Source of the DNA: Candidatus Velthaea sp.
GTDB lineage: Bacteria; Vulcanimicrobiota; Vulcanimicrobiia; Vulcanimicrobiales; Vulcanimicrobiaceae
Assembly: GCA_965214935.1 (NCBI GenBank)
Contig: CBDCCS010000003.1
Span: forward strand, 96,001-160,000
Reading direction: 5' to 3'
Length of the DNA: 64,000 bases
In this document: in pieces, positions 27,912-35,770 of the stretch
How positions within the stretch are numbered: the first letter of the stretch is position 1
Layout: every line of letters begins with the position of its first letter
The notes under the pieces: generated by a model
The model's database searches: none
Told to the model about the DNA's origin: nothing
Seen by the model: the letters and a program-made list of their open reading frames with translations, nothing else
Made by a program: the position numbers and the translations under genes

Positions 27912-29336
27912 GTGGAGAGTTTTGCAACGGAATTGCGTGCTGCGATGCATGAAGCGGGCTTAACAGCGACAACGTTGGCTGCCCGTTCCGGGTTGACCGA
28001 GGGCGCGATCTCTTATCTTCGATCGGGCCGGCGGGAGCCGTCGTTTCGCTCGATTGTGGCGCTCTCCGCAGCGTTGCCGCAGCTTGCGGCGCGCTTCGAC
28101 AGCGGACGGAGAACGATGGATTCGATCGAGTCGGCGACTGCCGATATCAAAGCCGGCAAAATGGTCGTTGTCCTCGACGACGAGGAACGCGAGAACGAAG
28201 GCGATCTGGTGATGGCAGCCGAGCGCGTGACGCCCGAGGCCATCAACTTCATGCGCAAGGAAGCCGGCGGCCTCATCTGCATCGCGCTATTGAGCGAACG
28301 GCTCGATCAATTGCAGATTCCGCCGATGGTCAACGACAATACCACCCCGCTCGGCACCGCCTTCGCGGTGTCGGTCGAAGCGCGTGGCCGGGTCACGACC
28401 GGCATCTCGGCTCAGGACCGCGCGAACACCGTTTTAGCGCTCGTGGATCCAGCAGCGACGCCGGCGGATTTCCTGCGTCCCGGCCATATGTTTCCGTTGC
28501 GCGCGCGGCCCGGCGGCGTGCTCGTACGCGCCGGACAAACGGAAGCATCGGTCGACCTTGCCAAGCTCGCCGGCCTCAAGCCGGCCGGCGTCATCTGCGA
28601 AATCATGGACGACGACGGCTCGATGATGCGCCTGCCCGCGCTGCGCGATTATGCGAAGAAACACGATCTGCGGCTTATCACCGTGAAAGATCTGATCGCG
28701 TATCGCATGCGGCATGAGAAACTCGTTGCGCGCATCGCCGAATTCGATCTCCCGACGACGGCCGGTCAGTTCCACGGTATCGCTTACGAGTCGAAGGTCG
28801 ACGACATCGCGCACGTCGCGCTCGTCATGGGCTCGGTCGGCGACGGTAAGGACATCTTGGTCCGCGTTCACTCCGAATGTCTAACCGGTGATGCGCTGCA
28901 CTCGATTCGTTGTGACTGCGGCGCCCAGCGCGATGCTGCGATGAGTGCGATCGCTGCCGAAGGCCGAGGCGTCTTTCTGTATTTGCATCAGGAAGGGCGC
29001 GGCATCGGCCTAGCCAACAAATTGCGCGCGTATGCGTTGCAAGATGCCGGTGCCGATACCGTCGAAGCGAACGTCGCACTTGGTTTACCGGCCGACAAGC
29101 GCGACTACGGAATAGGTTCGCAAATCCTGGTGGATCTTGGTGTGCGCGAGATGCGTTTACTCACGAATAATCCGCGTAAGATTACCGGCCTCGAAGGCTT
29201 CGGCTTGACGATTCTCGGCCGCGTTCCGATTCAAACACTGCCGACGGTTCATAACGCGCATTATCTCGACACGAAGCGCGATAAGATGGGGCACATGTTC
29301 GTCAACGCACAGCCGACCGCGCCGATCATTCCATGA
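27912..29336 (+). CDS. ribBA: XRE-type HTH domain fused to bifunctional DHBP synthase / GTP cyclohydrolase II
   Basis: The first ~65 aa (LRAAMHEAGLTATTLAARSGLTEGAISYLRSGRREPS) form an HTH_3 pattern. These are followed by DDEERENEGD, RPGHMFPL, GQTEASVDL, VRVHSECLTGD, CDCG, QEGRGIGL, LLTNNP. Confidence 0.92.
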   Translation: MESFATELRAAMHEAGLTATTLAARSGLTEGAISYLRSGRREPSFRSIVALSAALPQLAARFDSGRRTMDSIESATADIKAGKMVVVLDDEERENEGDLVMAAERVTPEAINFMRKEAGGLICIALLSERLDQLQIPPMVNDNTTPLGTAFAVSVEARGRVTTGISAQDRANTVLALVDPAATPADFLRPGHMFPLRARPGGVLVRAGQTEASVDLAKLAGLKPAGVICEIMDDDGSMMRLPALRDYAKKHDLRLITVKDLIAYRMRHEKLVARIAEFDLPTTAGQFHGIAYESKVDDIAHVALVMGSVGDGKDILVRVHSECLTGDALHSIRCDCGAQRDAAMSAIAAEGRGVFLYLHQEGRGIGLANKLRAYALQDAGADTVEANVALGLPADKRDYGIGSQILVDLGVREMRLLTNNPRKITGLEGFGLTILGRVPIQTLPTVHNAHYLDTKRDKMGHMFVNAQPTAPIIP

Positions 29337-29851
29337 AGAAGACCGCGCTTCCGGCCGGGACACTGCCCGACGCGAAAGGCAAGCGCTTTGCGATTGTCAG
29401 TGCACGGTTCTACGCGGATTTGGCCGACTGGCTCGAAGACGGAGCACGACGCGGACTACGCGGTTGCGGCGTTGCCGAAACGGATATCGATGTCGTCACG
29501 GTACCGGGTTGCTTCGAGATTCCGCTGGTTGCACGCAAGCTCATCGTGGCCGGTGAATACGATGGGATCGTCGCGCTCGGCGTAGTTATTCGCGGCGATA
29601 CGCCGCATTTCGATTACGTTGCGGGTGAATGCGCGCGCGGCATCATGACCGTTCAAATTACAACCGGCGTTCCTATCGGGTTCGGCATCCTTACAACGGA
29701 AAATTTGGCTCAGGCGCAAGAACGCGCCGATCCCGACCGCCTCGACAAAGGCTACGAAGCTGCTCTTGCAGCAGTCACCGTTGCACTCATCGAACCGCCG
29801 CCCAAGCGCGATACCGCGCGGGTCGGTTTTCGATCGTCCGCGGTGTCGTAA
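29333..29851 (+). CDS. ribH: 6,7-dimethyl-8-ribityllumazine synthase
   Basis: VPGCFEIP, LGVVIRGDTPHFDYVA, FGILT, KGYEAA. Confidence 0.95.
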   Translation: MKKTALPAGTLPDAKGKRFAIVSARFYADLADWLEDGARRGLRGCGVAETDIDVVTVPGCFEIPLVARKLIVAGEYDGIVALGVVIRGDTPHFDYVAGECARGIMTVQITTGVPIGFGILTTENLAQAQERADPDRLDKGYEAALAAVTVALIEPPPKRDTARVGFRSSAVS

Positions 29852-29884
29852 GCGCGGCGATCCGATGGCAGTGAGAAGCGCGGC

Positions 29885-30463
29885 GTGACGCTTGACGCCG
29901 AGTGGGCCGGCGCAATCGCGTCGATCGCATCAGCGCTCGTCGTTGCGCTGGCGGCCATCGCCGCGTTCTTGCAATTGCGCCATGTTCGCAATGCGAACGA
30001 TATCGTGGTCTATCTGCGGCTTATCGATCGCATGGATTCAACCGAAGGTTTGACCGCACGTCGTACGGTCGGCGATATGCGCGCACGTTTCGATAGCGAT
30101 GTCACCTATCGCGAGCGCATGACCGACCCGCATTTCATTCCCGACGACTTCATGAGTATCGGCGAGTTGCTGCGCTTCCTCGAACATATCGCTGTTCTGG
30201 TAACCAAAGGCGGAGTCGCCGAAGAGTTGCTGCTCGCTGAATACGCCGATACATTCGTCGAACTTTGGGACAACTTGCGACCGATCATCGTGCAGCGCCG
30301 GATCGCGTATGGTCCGTATACGGGCCGGGCGTTCGAGCATCTGGCGATGCGCGCAAAACACTACATCGATTCGGGCGCGATGGAACGCGAATACAACGCG
30401 CTTTTGCGCGATACGCGACCGGCGAAGAACCGGCAGCCCGATGAAAGCACCTCGCTGCGCTAA
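29885..30463 (+). CDS. Hypothetical protein with an N-terminal transmembrane helix (DUF4760-like)
   Basis: Hydrophobic N-terminus followed by QLRHVR, FLEHIAVLVTKG and FEHLA. Confidence 0.6.
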   Translation: MTLDAEWAGAIASIASALVVALAAIAAFLQLRHVRNANDIVVYLRLIDRMDSTEGLTARRTVGDMRARFDSDVTYRERMTDPHFIPDDFMSIGELLRFLEHIAVLVTKGGVAEELLLAEYADTFVELWDNLRPIIVQRRIAYGPYTGRAFEHLAMRAKHYIDSGAMEREYNALLRDTRPAKNRQPDESTSLR

Positions 30464-30509
30464 AGCATTGCGCCCGGCGGCTCGGCTCATCGGAAGCCGC
30501 GCGTTTAGC

Positions 30510-31026
30510 GCACGTTAAACTGTACTCGAAAATATACGTTGCCGCAATCGGTCGACAGCCGTCGATCTCCGTTCGGTAGAGCGATGCCTTCGCCGCCGCA
30601 AGCGCGCGATCGTTCATTGCGCTAGACTGCGCGTTCATGACCGATGCTTTGGTCACCGAGCTGTCCGGAGCAAGTTCGACGATCACATCGACGACACCAG
30701 GTTCGCGCAAGCCCGGCGGCGTTTGCGGAGCGATCGCGCGAAGCGTCGTTGGAGCAAGCGAAGAAGCTTTGCATTCGGAGCTTGGATTCACGATCGGCCG
30801 CGCATCGATCGGGCTTGCGGTTTGCGAGCGTTCAGCTTTGTGAAATCGCGCGCTCAAGTCGGGGCGTAAGATCTGGACCAGACTCGGTACCCAAGCGCCG
30901 AACGGACGGCATCCGGTCGCGCCGGGGACTTCGCCGCCTTCGAGCGTATCGATAAACGCATCTTCGAGATGGTCTGCAAATGGTAGCCGAAATACGATCG
31001 CATCGACGTCGCCCGTATGCTTTCAT
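30510..31026 (-). pseudogene. TonB C-terminal-like domain, apparently truncated or frameshifted
   Basis: One frame reads AIVFRLP..AFIDTL..GCRP..W...ECKASSLAPTTLRAIAP..GVVDVIVELAPDSSV..SSAMNDRALAAAKASLYRTEIDGCRPIAATYIF. It has an in-frame TGA upstream and no signal peptide or proper start, and it runs on into the convergent gene. Confidence 0.5.
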
Positions 31027-31093
31027 ACTACTGGCTGCCGATTCTTGCCTCACACCGGGCATGCTCCGCCGCGCGCACCGCGAAGAAACAGGC

Positions 31094-32092
31094 GTGGAAT
31101 CCGTATGGTTCGACGGTGACGCCGTCGGGTATGTCGATCAGCGTAATTTGCCGCTTGCCGTCGAGCGTAAACGCGCGACGAATATCGACGATATCGTTGC
31201 GACGATTGCGAGCTTAGGCGTTCGCGGTGCTCCGGCGATCGGGATATTCGGCGCGTACGGTGTAGCGCTCGCGGCCCAATTGCATGCCGGTCCGGAGTTC
31301 GACGCTGCCGCCGGCCGGATCCGCGGCGCACGCCCGACCGCCGTCAATCTTGCCTGGGCCGTCGATCGGGTTTTAGCGCGGCCGGATCGCGACTATCTCG
31401 CTGAAGCCCGCGACATTCATGCCGAACAGCGCGAGATCGACCGGCGCATCGGTCGGGCCGGGAGCGAGCTTTTGCCGCAAGCCGGTAACGTGCTCACGCA
31501 TTGCAATACGGGTCCGCTGGCAACCGGCGGCGACGGAACCGCGCTGGGTTGCTTCATCGCAGCGCAGCGTGCGGGAAAACAGCTGCACGTCTTCGTCGAT
31601 GAAACGCGGCCGTTGCTGCAAGGCGCGCGCTTAACGATGTTCGAGTTACATGAGGGCGGCGTACCATGCACGCTGATGGTTGACTCGGCGGCCGCGATCG
31701 CGATGCAACGAAAGCAGATCGCGGCAGTCATCGTCGGCGCCGACCGCATTGCGACCAACGGCGATACCGCTAATAAGATCGGCACGTACGGCGTCGCCAT
31801 CGCTGCCGCTCATCATCGTATCCCGTTTTATATCGCGGCGCCGCGTTCGACGATCGATTTTGCCTTGTCCGACGGCAGCGGTATTCCGATCGAGGAACGT
31901 TCCGCTGCCGAAGTGCGCATAGCGGCGCAGGACGCCGTATACAATCCGGCCTTCGACGTAACGCCCGGAGAGCTCATTGCCGGCATCATTACTGAATACG
32001 GCGTGATCCGGCCGCCGTACAGCCGCAACATTCCGCCGCTGGCCGGTCTTGCAGCCCCGGCGATAACGCTCGAAGCGGGCGCCATCTCGTGA
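31094..32092 (+). CDS. mtnA: S-methyl-5-thioribose-1-phosphate isomerase
   Basis: DQRNLP, VRGAPAIG, RPTAVNL, LTHCNTG, DETRPLLQGARLT, GADRIA.NGDTANKIGT, NPAFDVTP. Confidence 0.95.
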   Translation: MESVWFDGDAVGYVDQRNLPLAVERKRATNIDDIVATIASLGVRGAPAIGIFGAYGVALAAQLHAGPEFDAAAGRIRGARPTAVNLAWAVDRVLARPDRDYLAEARDIHAEQREIDRRIGRAGSELLPQAGNVLTHCNTGPLATGGDGTALGCFIAAQRAGKQLHVFVDETRPLLQGARLTMFELHEGGVPCTLMVDSAAAIAMQRKQIAAVIVGADRIATNGDTANKIGTYGVAIAAAHHRIPFYIAAPRSTIDFALSDGSGIPIEERSAAEVRIAAQDAVYNPAFDVTPGELIAGIITEYGVIRPPYSRNIPPLAGLAAPAITLEAGAIS

Positions 32093-32105
32093 TCGGACGC
32101 CGGCG

Positions 32106-33107
32106 ATAAAGTTCTACGACTTCCTCGATAAACAACCCAAACTCGACGGCCTCATCATCATCGAGGGCCTTGACGTTATTCTGGCGCAGCGCGCGATCGA
32201 ATCGATCGTCGAGCGCAGTCTGCCGCCGGACGTTCGCGCGCTCAATCTCGATACGATCGCCGGTCCGGAGACCGAGCACGTCGGCCGAGCGGTGGCCGAT
32301 GCGACGACCGCCATGCCGTTCCTGGCCGAACGGCGCCTCATCATCGTACGAAACTGTCAACAACTGCGCGCGCAGCCGCGTCGCGATGTTTGGGCTGCGG
32401 CGCAAGCGCTGCCGGCCGGTAACACCCTCGTCCTCGAAGATCTCTTCGCGCCATCGAAAAAAACGAAGCCCGAGCCGTTTGGGCCGCAAGCCGGACGCAA
32501 AGCATTGCGCATCGACACGACGCTAAACGCCGACGTGCGCGAGCGTTTCGTGCGTGAAACCCTCGATCGCATCGGTGCTACGGCTGAGCCGCGCGTGATT
32601 GCCGAGCTCGCCGGCGGCGAAGCCGACCTCGGTTCGATTCGTAGCGACCTCGAGAAGCTGGCACTCGGCGGTCAACCCATAAGCTTTCGCGCGCTCGAAG
32701 CCGAGAGTCTATCGATTGAAGATCCGAAAGCGTGGCACTACGCGCAAGCCTTGGTGGAAGGCCGCACCGAAGAAGCGTTGACGATTGCCTTCGAGCTTTT
32801 TGCGAGCGATCCGCGTGGTGCCGCGGTCCCTCTCGCGGGTGCGCTGGCGAGCGAGATGGGCATCGTGTGGGAACTCGCGCGCCCGGGCGGCGGCGTCGCG
32901 ATCGAGTCGCGGCATCGCTGGCGTGCATCCAAGCTGCAATCCGTCGCGCGCCGGATCGGCCCGGCTCGCGCGCGGCGTGGTTACGAAGCGGCCGTCCGTG
33001 GTTTCGAGGCGGTCGTCACCGGCCGGTTCGACGACGGACGGGCAATGATCGAGTTGCTTACGGCCGACATCGCCGCCAACGTCACAGCGACGCGCGGTTC
33101 GGTCTAG
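32106..33107 (+). CDS. holA: DNA polymerase III delta subunit (probable ATA start)
   Basis: The frame extends upstream of the ORF-track start as (I/M)KFYDFLDKQPKLDGLIIIEG...ALNLDTI. It also has AMPFLAERRLIIV and DLGSIRSDLEKL; about 333 aa. Confidence 0.75.
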   Translation: MKFYDFLDKQPKLDGLIIIEGLDVILAQRAIESIVERSLPPDVRALNLDTIAGPETEHVGRAVADATTAMPFLAERRLIIVRNCQQLRAQPRRDVWAAAQALPAGNTLVLEDLFAPSKKTKPEPFGPQAGRKALRIDTTLNADVRERFVRETLDRIGATAEPRVIAELAGGEADLGSIRSDLEKLALGGQPISFRALEAESLSIEDPKAWHYAQALVEGRTEEALTIAFELFASDPRGAAVPLAGALASEMGIVWELARPGGGVAIESRHRWRASKLQSVARRIGPARARRGYEAAVRGFEAVVTGRFDDGRAMIELLTADIAANVTATRGSV

Positions 33108-33146
33108 GCACACACCGCCGGCGGCGCGAAGACGCTCGGCGACCGC

Positions 33147-34547
33147 ATGAACGACACCGTCTATGCTTCGCCGTTTTCGTGGCGCTATGCGCGCATGGAA
33201 TTGCGCGAACTTTTCTCCGAACGCGAGCGGCGCACGTTATGGCGCGCGGTTTGGGTTGCGCTCGCCGAATCGCAAGTCCAAAGCGGCTTGGTCACGCCGG
33301 CGGAAGTGGCCGATCTGCGCGCGCATGCCGATGACATCGATCTTGCGGCGGCGCTCGAAATCGAACGGGAAATCGGTCACGATCTGATGGCGGAAATTCG
33401 CGTCTTTGCCCGGCAAGCAACGCTCGGCGGCGGGAAAATCCACCTTGGTGCGACGTCGATGGATATCGAAGACACCGTCGAGATGTATCGCATGCGGATC
33501 GCGCTGCGACAAATCTTGACGGCGCTCGATGGATTACTCGCGTCTTTTGCCGGTCAGATCGAAACGTTCGCCGACACCGTGTGCATGGGCTACACGCATT
33601 TGCAGCCGGCCGAGCCGACGACGATGGGTTACCGCTTAGCGATCTACGCGCAAGATCTGCTCATCGATCGTGCAGCCTTGCACTTTACGTTTAACGAGCT
33701 CACCGCCAAAGGCATTCGCGGCGCCGTCGGAACGTCGGCTTCGTACATGCGCTTGCTCGACGGCAGCGGGCGCACGAGCGCCGATCAAGAGCTCGACGTG
33801 CTGGCGCCATTCGATTTGACGGCGCGCGACGTTGCGACGCAAACGTATCCGCGCAAACTCGATTATCTGTTATTGTCGCAACTCGCCGGACTAGCCGCGT
33901 CGCTGGCAAAATTTGCCGGCGACGTTCGAATTTTGAGCTCGGCGGGTTTCGGCGAACTCTTCGAGCCGTTCGGTGCCAAGCAAGTCGGAAGTTCGGCGAT
34001 GCCGTTCAAGCGTAACCCGGTCATGTCCGAACGCCTCGATTCGTTGGCTCGCTTACTGCCCGCGTTTGCGGGGGTCACGTGGCAGAACGCGGCCACCAAC
34101 TATCTCGAGCGAACGCTCGACGATAGCGCGAATCGGCGGACGGTGCTGCCCGAAGCGCTGTTGTGCTCCGACGAGTTGTTGTCGCTCGCGCGCAAGATCG
34201 TCGAGGGTCTGCGGATCGACGAGCGCCGCATCGCCGAGAACTTGCGCACGTACGGACCGTTTGCCGGCACGGAGGCCGTGCTGATGGAAGCCGCCAAGGC
34301 TGGAGCGAATCGGCAAGAGCTGCACGAGGCGATTCGTGAAGCAGCCATGATTGCGTATGCTGCGCTTGCGCGCGGTGAACCCAATCCGCTCGCCCGGCTT
34401 ATCGCCGCCGACGACCGCATCGCGCGATTCGTCGATCCGGCCGATATCGTCGTGCAGCTCGATCCGACCGGTCACGCCGGCGACGCTTCGGTACGCGCGC
34501 GTCGCCTCGCTGCCCGCATCCGAGAAACGCTGGAGACGACTGCGTGA
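33147..34547 (+). CDS. purB: Adenylosuccinate lyase
   Basis: HDLMA, IHLGATS.D, GYTHLQPAEPTT, GSSAMPFKRNP, ERTLDDSA. Confidence 0.95.
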   Translation: MNDTVYASPFSWRYARMELRELFSERERRTLWRAVWVALAESQVQSGLVTPAEVADLRAHADDIDLAAALEIEREIGHDLMAEIRVFARQATLGGGKIHLGATSMDIEDTVEMYRMRIALRQILTALDGLLASFAGQIETFADTVCMGYTHLQPAEPTTMGYRLAIYAQDLLIDRAALHFTFNELTAKGIRGAVGTSASYMRLLDGSGRTSADQELDVLAPFDLTARDVATQTYPRKLDYLLLSQLAGLAASLAKFAGDVRILSSAGFGELFEPFGAKQVGSSAMPFKRNPVMSERLDSLARLLPAFAGVTWQNAATNYLERTLDDSANRRTVLPEALLCSDELLSLARKIVEGLRIDERRIAENLRTYGPFAGTEAVLMEAAKAGANRQELHEAIREAAMIAYAALARGEPNPLARLIAADDRIARFVDPADIVVQLDPTGHAGDASVRARRLAARIRETLETTA

Positions 34548-35770
34548 ATAAGGGCCTCGAAATTACCCGCGGCAAAACCAAAGTGCTGCACGAATATCCG
34601 GGGCAACCCGACGTGCTCGTCGTTTCGCAACTCGATACGATCAGCGCGCGCGACGGCGAACGCAGCGACGTCATCGAGGGCAAGGGCCGGATCGCTGCAA
34701 AAACGACGGCGCGTGTCTTCCGTTTGCTCAATCTTTGCGGCCTGCCGACGCACTACCTGAGCGGTGGCGAAGATGACGACGACAACGAAATGCTCGTGCG
34801 GCGCGTGCAGATGATCCCGCTCGAAGTTGTCGTGCGCGGCGTTGCGGCCGGGTCGCTCGTTACGCGCAAACCGGCGATCGCACGCGGCGCACTGCTCGTT
34901 CCGCGCGTGATCGAATTTTTCATCAAGGACGATGCCAATCACGACCCGCTCATCGAGCCCGACGACATCGTTGCGGGCGGTGTTGCAACACCGCAAGAAC
35001 TCGGCACGATGACGGAGCTCGCGCGCATGACGTACGAGATCCTTGCGCACGCGTGGCGGCGCCGCGACACGCTGCTCGTCGACGTCAAGATCGAGTTCGG
35101 CCGGATTGCCGGCGGCGAAGGCAAAGGTTCGCTGGTAATCGCCGACGTCATCGATAACGATTCGTGGCGTATCTGGCCGCAAGGCCGCGAAGATCTCATG
35201 CTCGACAAGCAGCGCTACCGCAATCTCGAAACGGTTACGCCGGCCGATCTCGCGGTGTTGCGCGATAATTACGAACGCGTCGCGGAGATCGTCGGCGTGT
35301 TTCCGCAGATGCGGCCGGGAATGATCGGCGTGTTGATCGACGGTCCGGCGTTTACCGAACTAGGCAACAACGTCGCGCGAGCCGTGTCGCAATTCGGTTT
35401 GCCGACGGTGCGCCACATTGTTTCGGTCGAACGGACGCCGGGATACATTTTGCAACTCGTCGCACAGCTCGATGCGACGTTTGCAAAAATGGTGTTGATC
35501 GCGGTCGGTCCGACGAATAGCGCCCTATCGGGGATGATCGACAACGTTACGGCTAATCCCGTGCTACGTGTCGACGCTGCCGCGGTCGACCTCGACGGGA
35601 TCGCGTTCGCCTGTGCCAAAGCGCTGGGCTTGGAAGACACGATCGTGTTCGGGCGCGTCATGCTCATGCAGGCCAACGTCCGTTCGGCCGTCATGCAAGC
35701 CGATGCGCAAGTGCAAGCGCAACAGCAAGCACAGGCCGCGCAGATGCCGCCCGGCAGCGGCCTTGCTTGA
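34544..35770 (+). CDS. purC: SAICAR synthetase fused to a degenerate PurE-like domain (PAICS-type architecture)
   Basis: GKTK, IPLEVVVR..AAGS, EFFIKDD..HDP, LVDVKIEFG, ADVIDNDSWRIWP, DKQ.YR, then a ~150-aa PurE-like C-terminal domain. Confidence 0.85.
   Translation: MNKGLEITRGKTKVLHEYPGQPDVLVVSQLDTISARDGERSDVIEGKGRIAAKTTARVFRLLNLCGLPTHYLSGGEDDDDNEMLVRRVQMIPLEVVVRGVAAGSLVTRKPAIARGALLVPRVIEFFIKDDANHDPLIEPDDIVAGGVATPQELGTMTELARMTYEILAHAWRRRDTLLVDVKIEFGRIAGGEGKGSLVIADVIDNDSWRIWPQGREDLMLDKQRYRNLETVTPADLAVLRDNYERVAEIVGVFPQMRPGMIGVLIDGPAFTELGNNVARAVSQFGLPTVRHIVSVERTPGYILQLVAQLDATFAKMVLIAVGPTNSALSGMIDNVTANPVLRVDAAAVDLDGIAFACAKALGLEDTIVFGRVMLMQANVRSAVMQADAQVQAQQQAQAAQMPPGSGLA

Noticed and set aside
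35568..35762. Long N-terminal extensions given by the ORF track for purL (likewise dapG, purQ, purP, guaA, mtnA)
   Set aside because: They overlap upstream genes or lack family similarity; downstream coupled starts fit the family N-termini better.
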